A stretch of DNA of 64,000 nt from Patescibacteria group bacterium (GTDB lineage: Bacteria; Patescibacteriota; Kazan-3B-28; UBA10110), in the NCBI GenBank assembly GCA_016936175.1, contig JAFGPN010000015.1, forward strand, positions 16,636 to 80,635, given 5' to 3'. Below, in pieces: positions 30,796 to 40,424 of the stretch (position 1 is the first letter of the stretch; each line of letters begins with the position of its first letter). A model generated the notes under the pieces. That model was not told the DNA's origin, made no database searches, and saw only the letters and a list, made by a program, of their open reading frames with translations. The position numbers and the translations under genes were made by a program.

Positions 30796-31064
30796 GAGAA
30801 GAAATCTTAACCGTTTTGACAACCTGTGATACACTTTCTTATTCAGACTATTTCTTGAAAGTGGGGAGAATCTTGCTTGCAAGCCATTGTCCTACCCTCC
30901 TTGGGCAGAGCTTGCAGGCAGGATTCTCCCTGCTTATTCCGTTGGCGTCCCGACCCACACATTTACGTTGGGGTCCGGCACAAAAACTCTCTTAAAGAGT
31001 TTGACGCCTCCTAGGGGGCTGGGGGAAAAAGTTAAAAGGGGCCTAACCGCCCCTTTTAACATAC

Positions 31065-31583
31065 TTAGATTTTGAGGAACTTTTCTTTGATTGTTCTTAC
31101 CGCCATCGGCAGAACCTTTTTAACTTGGGATAACTGGGTATTAGTGAAATTTGAGGTGACGTACTCGTCTGGTTCTACTTTTTCCGAGCGGCCAATCCCA
31201 ATTTTTAATCGCGGGAAGATATTGGTTTTAAGTTGACCAATTACCGATTGGAGGCCTTTGTGTCCCCCGCTACTGCCAATTTCGCGATAACGCAATTTGC
31301 CTAACTCCATATCTAAATCGTCGGCAATGATTAAAATATCTTCTGGCTTGATACGATGTTTTTTGGCGGCGGCCCGCACCGCTATACCGGAATTATTCAT
31401 AAAGGTTCGTGGTTTTAGTAGTTCGACCTCGTCAGTTCTGGCGTAATCGGTATCCACCGTATGGCTTTTTTGGAATTTTAGGTTTAACTCTTTAGCCAGA
31501 GCATCGACTACCATAAAGCCCACGTTGTGGCGTGTGCGTTCGTACTTTTTACCAGGATTTCCCAATCCAACAACCAGTTTCAT
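31065..31583 (-). CDS. pth: Peptidyl-tRNA hydrolase
   Basis: VGLGNPG, TRHNVGF, GGHKG. Confidence 0.96.
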   Translation of the reverse strand: MKLVVGLGNPGKKYERTRHNVGFMVVDALAKELNLKFQKSHTVDTDYARTDEVELLKPRTFMNNSGIAVRAAAKKHRIKPEDILIIADDLDMELGKLRYREIGSSGGHKGLQSVIGQLKTNIFPRLKIGIGRSEKVEPDEYVTSNFTNTQLSQVKKVLPMAVRTIKEKFLKI

Positions 31584-31585
31584 AG

Positions 31586-31807
31586 CTATTCTTCCGTTTG
31601 GTTTTCTGTTTCAAAAAAATCTACTGCTTCTTGGCTAATGTCCAATTGATCTCCCGATAGCTCGGTTTTGTGGATGCCGTCTTTAGGTTTATGCAAAATA
31701 TCCTCGTCGGGACGAGCGGGGTTAACTTTATTAACTTTTTTTACCTTCCGATCGGGAACATCAGGAAAGTGGAAGGGGCCTTGCCCTTCAATTCTTATTT
31801 CACCCAT
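31586..31807 (-). CDS. Hypothetical protein
   Basis: ORF in apparent operon with pth. Confidence 0.55.
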   Translation of the reverse strand: MGEIRIEGQGPFHFPDVPDRKVKKVNKVNPARPDEDILHKPKDGIHKTELSGDQLDISQEAVDFFETENQTEE

Positions 31808-31850
31808 ATAGCTAATTGTTCGCGAAACTAAAGCCTCGCGTCGTAGTTGT

Positions 31851-32111
31851 TTAAGCTACGTAGACCATTGTACCTTCTTTAACCGGCTCGTCAACCTTGA
31901 TGCCGATTACGGCACCTTTTTTGGCTGATTCAACTGCCGCCCGTTCGATCTGCATCGAATCGATGGTCTGCTCGGTTTCGGCATCACCTTTAACGAATTT
32001 GACCTTATCGCCCACCTTGAGGGGTCCGGCCAATTCGATAATCGCTACTCCGATCTTGTCGTAGTAGTGGCTTACCTTACCGATGGTCTTGTTGGCTACT
32101 TTACCTGCCAT
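31851..32111 (-). CDS. Small EF-Tu domain II-like beta-barrel protein
   Basis: IGKVSHYYDKIGVAII...SMQIE. Confidence 0.8.
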   Translation of the reverse strand: MAGKVANKTIGKVSHYYDKIGVAIIELAGPLKVGDKVKFVKGDAETEQTIDSMQIERAAVESAKKGAVIGIKVDEPVKEGTMVYVA

Positions 32112-32210
32112 CTTATCCTCCCTTGGGTTAGGATATGACGATTTGATTATACCACATCTCCTGTTATGATGGGTCGTTGGGGGATAGCAAATCGACCGCT
32201 AACCCCTGGT

Positions 32211-32244
32211 GCCGATTAGGAGTGCGATCGCATTTCTAATCGGC
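32211..32244. repeat. GCCGATTAG..TGCGATCGCA..CTAATCGGC palindrome family
   Basis: Related copies at about 37368-37401 and 43257-43290. Confidence 0.8.
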
Positions 32245-32307
32245 AAGTGGTTTGACAATCAGTAATGTATTCTCGAGAATCTACCCTACGGGGAAGGAGG
32301 AAATGCA

Positions 32308-33060
32308 GTGGCACACAAGTTGGCCGATGAAGCCAAAAAAAACTTTCTTGCTCTGGGGGCAAATCCATACCCAGGCAGAGGAATCGTGGTTGGCATCGAT
32401 GGGGCCGGATACTATCTCGTGCTGATATACTGGCTCATGGGACGTAGCGATAACAGCCGAAACCGTGCTCTGGCCAAAGGAAAGGAGTGGGGCAGTTTGT
32501 ATACTGTCCCGGCTAATCCGGACAGGATGATTACGGATCCCAGCCTGACTATTTATCAGGCGATGGGCGAACGGGCCGACGGCGTCTATGTTGTAAGCAA
32601 CGGAGTGCAAACTGAGACCGTTCTGTGTGAGTATCGTGAGTCCTTCGATCTGGGGGATATCTTGCGCAGGAAGTATCAGTATGAACCGGATGCGCCAAAC
32701 TTCACTCCCCGGATTACCGCGGTTTGCGCGCTGGGGTGCGACGATCTCAAGGTAAGCATGTCGATTCTGCGTCGCTCTCTTTTCACCGATGCGTGTGACC
32801 AAGAAATCTATTGCTACGAAGGGTTTGGTGCTTTCGGTGCCGGTTATGGCCGTTGCATCACCACCTACAATGGAGATGGAAATCCGTTGCCAGCTTTCGA
32901 TAGCAAGCCCCTGCTGGTTCCGATCGGCCTCGTGTCAATTGAGGAGATCGGCCGTGGGTACTGGGATAATCTGAACACGGAAAACCGTATTGCTCTGGCG
33001 GTCAAGAAGGTCGACCTCAAGAGTGGCGTATCCGAGACCCACATCATCAACCGCTACTAA
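32308..33060 (+). CDS. IMP cyclohydrolase-like protein (PurO-type)
   Basis: YPGRGI, MGRSDNSRNR, VSNGVQT, YEPDAPNFTPRI. Confidence 0.88.
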   Translation: MAHKLADEAKKNFLALGANPYPGRGIVVGIDGAGYYLVLIYWLMGRSDNSRNRALAKGKEWGSLYTVPANPDRMITDPSLTIYQAMGERADGVYVVSNGVQTETVLCEYRESFDLGDILRRKYQYEPDAPNFTPRITAVCALGCDDLKVSMSILRRSLFTDACDQEIYCYEGFGAFGAGYGRCITTYNGDGNPLPAFDSKPLLVPIGLVSIEEIGRGYWDNLNTENRIALAVKKVDLKSGVSETHIINRY

Positions 33061-33074
33061 AAGGAGGAAACGCT

Positions 33075-33368
33075 TTGAGTGATGACAAGCTGACAATAGT
33101 TGGCATTAAGGATGATGCTGTGCAGTTAGCCTATGGCGAGAACAAATGGCAGAGCGACCCGCTGCCGGCTTACTACCAGTGAGCGGGATTGCCGGATGAC
33201 CCGCTGGCGTTGCACAACTTCGAGCTGTTGGCGGCGGCCGGAATCGAGTACATCCTGGCCTCCAGCGGCTCGGTGGGCGACAAGAAAGTCATCTCGCGAG
33301 CCGGGGAGTTAGGAGTAACTCTGTATCTGATGCCCGATGAGATCGGGCGTGGATTCTTTGGCCACTAA
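33075..33368 (+). pseudogene. purH: Internally deleted AICAR transformylase (PurH-like) remnant with in-frame TGA
   Basis: LAYGENKWQ (cf. LRYGENPHQ) fused to C-terminal AAGIEYILASSGSVGDKKVI...RGFFGH; 98 codons. Confidence 0.75.
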
Positions 33369-33379
33369 GGAGGTGCCCA

Positions 33380-33619
33380 GTGGTTGGTACAGGTATCGGT
33401 TCGTTTTCAGACTCGGGAAGGTTTGAAGTAAGAGTAGTGCCTGGTACAGAAGACGTGCGAGCTGGGAAAAAATGCCCACATTGTGGCGCTTGGATGACGG
33501 TAGCGCAGGTGTACTACTGCAATGTCAAAACAGGCGACCGGGTCTCCGAATCCTTTCTTGGCTATCTTTGTCCGCATCACGGTGCAGTCAACGAGGCCGG
33601 AGAGTCGCTGCTTCGGTAG
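33380..33619 (+). CDS. Small putative zinc-binding protein
   Basis: CPHC...CPHH; AAGGAGG RBS. Confidence 0.6.
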   Translation: MVGTGIGSFSDSGRFEVRVVPGTEDVRAGKKCPHCGAWMTVAQVYYCNVKTGDRVSESFLGYLCPHHGAVNEAGESLLR

Positions 33620-33674
33620 CGACCATATCTACAATGCCCTGCTTGGATGAGCACTTATCCTCGCAGGGCGTTTT

Positions 33675-35120
33675 TTATTTTTGGATCAGGTCGACTAACA
33701 GGCTAACTCCGAAACCAGTAGCATAAGTGGGAGGATTCCAGGCCTCGGTCTCTTTTGATTGAAAAGCTGGTCCAGCGATATCCAAATGAGCCCACGGTGT
33801 TTCGCCAACAAAGTGGGCCAAGAAAGCTGCGGCGGTAGAGGCTCCGCCGAATCTACCGGCACTACTTAGATTAGCTAAATCGGCTATCGGGCTCTTCATT
33901 TGGTCTTTAAATGAATCATCCAATGGGAGTGCCCAAATTTTTTCGCCAGAATTAACGCTTGCCGATTTTATATTTTTTTGTAGTTCTAAGTCGTTGCCAA
34001 GCAATCCGGCATAACGGAAACCCAGCGCGATAATGCAAGCTCCGGTCAAAGTAGCTAGATCTACCACGTAGCTGGGCTCAAAGTTTTTAATGGCGTAGCT
34101 TAAAGCATCGGCCAGGATTAAACGACCTTCGGCGTCGGTGTTTTTTATCTCCACTGTTTTTCCAGAATAGGAGCGAATAATATCGGCTGGCTTATAGGCA
34201 TCCCCAGAGATTAAATTCTCGGTGGCCGGGATAACGGCGATTACTTTTTTCTTACTACCCAACTCTGCCAGAGCTTTGATGGTGGCCAATACGGTGGCGG
34301 CTCCAGCCATGTCGGTGTGCATCACTTCCAAAAAACTATCCGATGGCTTGATATTATAACCACCGGAATCGAAGGTAATCCCCTTTCCAATTAGAACAAT
34401 GGGTTTTTCTTTCTTCTCGCGATTTATCTGCAAGATAATTAGCCGAGGTTCGTAAGCGCTCCCGCGATTGACTGCCAGTAATAAATTAAGGCCCTGTTCT
34501 TGCAGTTCTTTTTTGGTAAGTGCCTCAAAAGTTATGTTGTTGTATGTATGAGAAAGTTTGGCTGCTTCGTTTGCCAAATCTTCTGGTCTAAGATCGGCTG
34601 ATGGGGCAGACACAAGATTACGCGCATAGTGGACAGCATCCACGATTTTGATTATCTCTTGTAGCCGTTTTTTAAAGGTGGCATCTACTCCGCCAATAAT
34701 ATTGAGCGAAGTTAACAGTTTTCGTTGGCTTTTTTCGGCTTCTTCACCGGTCTTGTAGTGCAGGTTGACGTAGTTGCGCAGTAGTAAACCTTCGATTAGA
34801 AACAGCGCCAGATTTGGCCTTAGGTTTTTGTCCAACACCAAACCTACCGATTTATCGCCGATAACTCCTAACCCTGACCAAGTTTTGCCGCCAGCGGTTT
34901 TAGCCAGCTCGGGGTTAAGTTTCCCTTTCTCTCCCAGCCCGACGAACACCGATTTTTGTCCGGCGGATACATCGGTGCAGATTTCACCCAGATTGGCCTC
35001 GAACTCGCCGTTGTCGACCAGCTCGGCTAACCGCCCAGTTAGTTTATCAGTTTTGGCAAAAACTGGCACAATCAAGATATTTTGCTCTTCTGCCCCCTGT
35101 TTGCTGAATTTAATCTCCAT
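33675..35120 (-). CDS. pepA: Leucyl aminopeptidase (M17)
   Basis: GKGITFDSGG, NTDAEGRL, WAHLDIAG. Confidence 0.95.
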   Translation of the reverse strand: MEIKFSKQGAEEQNILIVPVFAKTDKLTGRLAELVDNGEFEANLGEICTDVSAGQKSVFVGLGEKGKLNPELAKTAGGKTWSGLGVIGDKSVGLVLDKNLRPNLALFLIEGLLLRNYVNLHYKTGEEAEKSQRKLLTSLNIIGGVDATFKKRLQEIIKIVDAVHYARNLVSAPSADLRPEDLANEAAKLSHTYNNITFEALTKKELQEQGLNLLLAVNRGSAYEPRLIILQINREKKEKPIVLIGKGITFDSGGYNIKPSDSFLEVMHTDMAGAATVLATIKALAELGSKKKVIAVIPATENLISGDAYKPADIIRSYSGKTVEIKNTDAEGRLILADALSYAIKNFEPSYVVDLATLTGACIIALGFRYAGLLGNDLELQKNIKSASVNSGEKIWALPLDDSFKDQMKSPIADLANLSSAGRFGGASTAAAFLAHFVGETPWAHLDIAGPAFQSKETEAWNPPTYATGFGVSLLVDLIQK

Positions 35121-35206
35121 CTGGTTACCTCCTAAAGTTACCATACATCATACCATCGACTCGTAGGTGGTTGACAAATCGAAGGCTAATTGCGGTAGAA
35201 TGAAGC

Positions 35207-36388
35207 ATGGCAAAAGAAGTTGTGTTGCAACCTTTAGCGTACTCACTGAGTGAGTTTACGCTCGATACCGCCTATACCTCTCGAGAGCTCTCCAAATCGA
35301 GCGCTGACTTAAGCGTGGAGATTGCCCGAGGATTTAGGATTAATATCCCCTTTCTAAGCGCGGCGATGCAGGCAGTTACTGGACCAGAACTGGCCACCGA
35401 ATTAGCTCGATGTGGTGGTTTGGGGGTAATCTATTGCTCCCAACCCCTCTCTGGTGAGGCGGAGATGGTTCGACAGGTTAAAGCGATGCCACCTAACGCC
35501 GCAGAGTATACTTATCCGTTTAAAACCCTGGTGGATAAACAGGGTCGCTTAGTGGTCGGCGCAGCGATAAATACTAAAGATTACGCCGAGCGAGTGCCGG
35601 CGCTAGTTAACGCTGGAGCGGACATTCTGTTTATTGATTCGTCGCACGGAAATACCGATTATCAAAAAGAGACGCTCGAGTTCGTAAAACAGCACTATCC
35701 TCACATTCCGATAGTGGGTGGAAATATTATTAATGCAGATGGAGTTAACAACTTGGTTAACTGGGGTGCCACCGGAGTAAAGGTGGGTATGGGTATTGGC
35801 AGTATCTGTATTACTACCGATGTCAAAGCTACCGGTAAAGGCCAGGCATCGGCAGTGATGGAGTGCGTGGCCACTCGAGACAAGTTGTCTGACTATATTC
35901 CGGTAATAGCTGACGGTGGGATTGGCACTGCTCGTGAGATGTGCATTGCATTAGCGCTAGGCGCTGACGCAGTGATGTTAGGTAAGTACTTTGCCCGGTT
36001 TGAAGAAGCACCAGGCAACAAGATCTCTCGTAGTGATTTTTTACAGATGTTTCCTGGGGTCGATCGGAGATTGGACCCTAGTATTGAATATTTAAAAGAG
36101 TATTGGGGCGAAGGAAGCTTGCGAGCTCGAATTCATCAGGAAGCACAGTATCGCTATGGCCAAAACGAATTTGCCGAAGGGGTTGATAGCTACATCGAAT
36201 ACGCCGGTGGTTTAAAAGAAAACCTAGGTCGGACATTAGCCAAGATAATTAAATCGATGCACGATGCCGGAGCCAATAGTGTCAAAGAATTGCGCGAGAA
36301 AGCGGTGGTGCGGCTGGCCTCTGCCAAATCGATGAGTGAGGCGGGAGCACACGATTTAATTTCTTATCACAAGGTCGCTTTGTCGTAA
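35207..36388 (+). CDS. guaB: IMP dehydrogenase/GMP reductase family, no CBS domains
   Basis: SAAM, IDSSHG, GMGIGSICIT, IADGG. Confidence 0.85.
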   Translation: MAKEVVLQPLAYSLSEFTLDTAYTSRELSKSSADLSVEIARGFRINIPFLSAAMQAVTGPELATELARCGGLGVIYCSQPLSGEAEMVRQVKAMPPNAAEYTYPFKTLVDKQGRLVVGAAINTKDYAERVPALVNAGADILFIDSSHGNTDYQKETLEFVKQHYPHIPIVGGNIINADGVNNLVNWGATGVKVGMGIGSICITTDVKATGKGQASAVMECVATRDKLSDYIPVIADGGIGTAREMCIALALGADAVMLGKYFARFEEAPGNKISRSDFLQMFPGVDRRLDPSIEYLKEYWGEGSLRARIHQEAQYRYGQNEFAEGVDSYIEYAGGLKENLGRTLAKIIKSMHDAGANSVKELREKAVVRLASAKSMSEAGAHDLISYHKVALS

Positions 36389-36533
36389 CGTCATCCTGGC
36401 TTGTCCAGGATCGTATAAATCTATCTTACGATTCTGGAGTCTTCTGCTATTGCAGCAGAATCCCCAGAATGACGAGAAAGTAATAATTTAAATAAAAAAT
36501 CGAGGCCCGTAATTGGGCCTCGGTCGTTTGATG

Positions 36534-37244
36534 TCAAGCAATTGGAGAGAGCTTTGCCCAATCCTCGCGAGGGTCCACAGCCGGTGAGCCGGCTCGACAG
36601 AGGGGGCATTGGTCCGCCGGCCAATCGGAGAATCGCCTGTTTAGGTATGCCACCAGCTTAAACGTTCGTTCGCCGATTTGGATAGACTGGCGGCTGGTTC
36701 GGTTTAGGATGCAGCCGATTACCGGCAGGATCTCTATCGGTGTGCCAATCTGGTCTGCGTGTCGCTGAATGGCTTCCACGGTGTGGATAGCGGTGCTACC
36801 AGTGGCGACGGCGTTCTCTACTACCAGTATCTGCCCGCTATTCGGTAGCGAAGTGGAGCACTGTTCTGTCATCCGCTGATGCTCGTTGTTGGTCCCTTCT
36901 TCTCGCTTCTGAGTTAAACACATCTTAACCTGACGTTGCGCGCGACCATGTTCCTGGATGCAGAGCGTTAGCAAGGTTACCAACGGAGCCGTTTCCCGCT
37001 CTGGTCCGACGATGATGCTAAGCTTGTCGTACAGTACGCCTTTACTTACTAGCATGTCGTAAAGTTCGTAAGCGATGGTTCGCATCAAACTCGGATTATC
37101 CACCGGACTCCAGAAGTATCCGGTTGAGTGTAGCTTAGATACAGGTAGAATAACATGCGGTACGGTGGAAACAGCATCCTTGGGTCGTTCCCATAGATAA
37201 CCGCCCTCGCGCAACAGATTTTCGTAACCAGGGTGCGTGTGCAT
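36534..37244 (-). CDS. Divergent type I phosphoribosyltransferase (PyrE-like)
   Basis: LVVENAVATGST (degenerate PRPP loop); C-terminal CPLC shared with pyrE. Confidence 0.7.
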   Translation of the reverse strand: MHTHPGYENLLREGGYLWERPKDAVSTVPHVILPVSKLHSTGYFWSPVDNPSLMRTIAYELYDMLVSKGVLYDKLSIIVGPERETAPLVTLLTLCIQEHGRAQRQVKMCLTQKREEGTNNEHQRMTEQCSTSLPNSGQILVVENAVATGSTAIHTVEAIQRHADQIGTPIEILPVIGCILNRTSRQSIQIGERTFKLVAYLNRRFSDWPADQCPLCRAGSPAVDPREDWAKLSPIA

Positions 37245-37478
37245 TGGCGTTCACCTCCCTTTTGCTCTGGTTGAGCGAGTGAATTGCGCCGCGCTTACTC
37301 TATGTCAAAGTTGCCTAACATCAAACAACCCATCATAGCACAATCAAACTGACCCCCTCCTCCTCGTGCCGATTAGAAATGCGATCGCACTTTAAATCGG
37401 CAGACTAACAAATAACGGGATGCGCCCTAAAGGTTCGTCAAACAGGTATTCGATGATTGTTGATTATCCGCGAGGCGC

Positions 37479-37973
37479 TCAGGCGTTATCAGCTAACAAC
37501 TTTTCGTAGCCTGCTTTTAACAGACGGGTATCAGTTAAAGCATTATGCTGATCGATAATCGGTTGATGGATGTATCCGCGCGGGTCAACTCCGCTGAAAA
37601 ATAGCAAGGTAGCCATGTCGAGGGGGAACCAATAATCATAAGTCGGCCGATCTTTGGGCATACCAAATGTTTTCCAGAAGAACACCACATCAAAGTGGTT
37701 GATATACGACACAACGTAGGGATGATTTGGCCCGATAAATTCATTTAGTTTCTCCCAGGCTGCTGCCCGGCTTACCAGTGGCCCAGTAAATTTGGGAATC
37801 ACGTTTTCTTTTACCCAATCATCCAGGGTGTTCGGATCGTGTTCGATTTCCAAGTACAACTCCTCACCGGTTGGTTTGATCAAGGCGATCGAAATAATCT
37901 CGCCCACCGCTGGATTAATGGTGGAGAACTCCGCGTCCATAAAGAGCAAATTAGAGCTAAACGGTTTTATCAT
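37479..37973 (-). CDS. DEDD 3'-5' exonuclease family protein
   Basis: FMDAEFS, HFDVVF, HNALTD. Confidence 0.8.
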   Translation of the reverse strand: MIKPFSSNLLFMDAEFSTINPAVGEIISIALIKPTGEELYLEIEHDPNTLDDWVKENVIPKFTGPLVSRAAAWEKLNEFIGPNHPYVVSYINHFDVVFFWKTFGMPKDRPTYDYWFPLDMATLLFFSGVDPRGYIHQPIIDQHNALTDTRLLKAGYEKLLADNA

Positions 37974-39321
37974 TCGGTTTTGTTAGAGCTTTTAACAATC
38001 TCCCAGCGGATGGGAGCGCCAATTAGCGGATAATGTTCACGAACCTTTTTTTCTAAATATCGCAGATAAGAAAAGTGGATTTCCTCTGGATAGTTGACCT
38101 TGAGCGTGATGGTGGGTGGGCTAACTCGCTTAACGCTAGAGAAATAAATTTTGGGTATTTTGCGAGGACCTTTTGGCAGTTTAGCCGCAATAGCACTGCT
38201 AATAATTTGATTAAGCTGTTTGGTGGGGATTTTTTGATTCATTGAATGCCAAACAGTTTTGATGGTGGTAATAATTTTATCGGCGCGTTGGCCAGTTAGG
38301 GCCGAAACGTACACCCTGGGGGCCCATGGCACAAAAGGAAACTTCTGGGCTAAATATCTTTCGTACTCGGCCATCAGCTTGTCATCTTTTTCAACCGCGT
38401 CCCATTTGTTGATTACCAAGATTAACCCTTTGTCTGCCGCCAATATCATTTGGGTTACCTTCATGTCTTGAGCAATCACGCCCTCATCCGCTTCCATTAA
38501 CAGCAGGGCTATGTCAACATCCTGGAGTGATCTTAAAGCGCGCAGAGAGCTAAAATATTCTATTCCCTTTCCAATCTTGCCCGGCCGTCGTAACCCAGCC
38601 GTGTCGGTAATTTCGATATCAGCATCCTCCCCTGTAATCCGTCCCGTTAGAACATCTCGAGTGGTACCGGGTTGATTACTAACGAGCGCCCGCTTGCTTC
38701 CGATCAATTGATTAAACAGAGTCGATTTACCAACATTAGGTCGGCCTAATATCGATACTCTGATAATCGGCTTAGCATCTTTGGCCAGTTTTGTTACCTT
38801 GCCAACCTTACGAACTTTCTTTAGCTTCTTGATTAACTCGTCCAATATGTCACCGATGCCTCGACCTTGAATGGCTGATATTAATTGCGGTTCACCTAAT
38901 CCAAGTTGATGAAATTCATAGACCAATTGATCATATTTAGTTCCCTCGGCTTTATTGATAACCAGGATTACTGGCTTGCTTAGTTTCCGAATCAGTTCGG
39001 CGGCTGCTTTGTCGTCTGGTTGAAGTCCGGTCTTAGCATCAGCCAAAAATAGAATTAGATCGGCCGAGTCAATTGCCAACTGGGTTTGAGCAAGGATATC
39101 TTTTTCTAGATCGGTCTGAACTTCCGTTTCGATGCCGGCAGTATCGGCGATGGTAAAGGATGTTTTATCCCACACGACATTGCCGAACAGAACATCCCGG
39201 GTAGTGCCCGGAATCTCCGAAAGGATGGCTTGTCTTGAGCCCACTAGGCGATTGAACAGGGTAGACTTACCAACATTGGGGCGCCCGACGATGGCGACCA
39301 GGTATTTGCCAGTTTTATTCA
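37970..39321 (-). CDS. der: Ribosome biogenesis GTPase Der
   Basis: Two GRPNVGKS G-domains plus KH-like domain. Confidence 0.96.
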
Positions 39322-39412
39322 TCCCGTTAAAAATCTGCTTAGCGTCTATACCCAACCTTAGATTCACCTTGGTTGTCCCGATAAGTGATTTCTAACGGGA
39401 CAGGCATTTCTA

Positions 39413-40330
39413 TTATAGGGGCTCTATCCAAGTGTAGGCCTTTAGCGCCCAATCTAATAAAGTTTGTCCCTCCTCGAATCGCGCCGGACTATTTAGGAGC
39501 ACTGCGATTACAGTTTGATTAGAGTTGCCCTTAGCGGCGACTACTAATGAAGCCCCGGCCTCTTCGGTGGTGCCGGTTTTTACACCAATTACATTAAGGT
39601 ATTTGCCGATTAATTTATTGGTGTTTTCTAAGTTGTGTTTAATCTTTCCGGTTATATCGGTGACGGTGGTTTTTTGGATACTTACAATCGAACGAAATAT
39701 CTCATTTTTCATGGCGTAGGCGGTTAGTGTAGCCAACTCGCGAGCGGTAGAAAAATGAGCCACATCATCGGCACCGTAGCTATTAGTAAAATGAGTATTA
39801 GTTAGGCCCAATTCGTTTGCATACCTATCCATCGCATCAACAAACCGATCTACATTGCCAAAGGTACCCTCTGCCAAAGCGTAGGCGGCGTCGTTGGCAG
39901 AATCGATTAACATCCCCTTCATTAGATTTTTAATCGTCATGGTTTCGTTCTCCAGCAAATACATCTGGGAACCGCCAACTTTGGCGGCGGCGCCTGATAC
40001 TGTTAGGGTGTTCTCGAGGTTGGTTTTATAGCGCAATACAACCATAGCGGTCATGATTTTTGTAATACTGGCGATGGCTAGCCTCTCATCCGGGTTCTTA
40101 GATAAAAGTACTTTGCCGGTATCAGCATCAACTACGATGGCCGAAGTAGCCCTGACAGTGGGATCTTTATATAGCGGATTTCTTACCGGTTCGGGTTTGA
40201 GAGCGGTGGCCAATGTTCGAAGTGGGTTTTGGGCTGGATCTGTAACCGAGCTAATCAAACTATCCTTAATGCTATTTAAGGATCCGGTAAAGAAATTAAT
40301 TACAATCAAAAATATCGCTACGGTCTTCAT
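39413..40330 (-). CDS. D-alanyl-D-alanine carboxypeptidase (S11)
   Basis: SITK, SAN, KTG motifs. Confidence 0.93.
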   Translation of the reverse strand: MKTVAIFLIVINFFTGSLNSIKDSLISSVTDPAQNPLRTLATALKPEPVRNPLYKDPTVRATSAIVVDADTGKVLLSKNPDERLAIASITKIMTAMVVLRYKTNLENTLTVSGAAAKVGGSQMYLLENETMTIKNLMKGMLIDSANDAAYALAEGTFGNVDRFVDAMDRYANELGLTNTHFTNSYGADDVAHFSTARELATLTAYAMKNEIFRSIVSIQKTTVTDITGKIKHNLENTNKLIGKYLNVIGVKTGTTEEAGASLVVAAKGNSNQTVIAVLLNSPARFEEGQTLLDWALKAYTWIEPL

Positions 40331-40424
40331 AAATCAATTGTTGTCATTGCGAGCGTAGCGAAGCAATCTCTGAGATTGCCGCGTCGTCCCGACTTTAGTC
40401 GGGACTCCTCGCCATAACCGGTTG

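Noticed and set aside
32165-32210. Possible ZTP or purine riboswitch upstream of the IMP cyclohydrolase gene
   Set aside because: Small stems are present but the conserved motifs are not recognisable.
25142-33182. TGA recoding (code 25 or 4) suggested by two in-frame TGAs
   Set aside because: TGA ends intact genes (RT, gatA) and long core genes have no internal TGA; both cases are in otherwise damaged genes.
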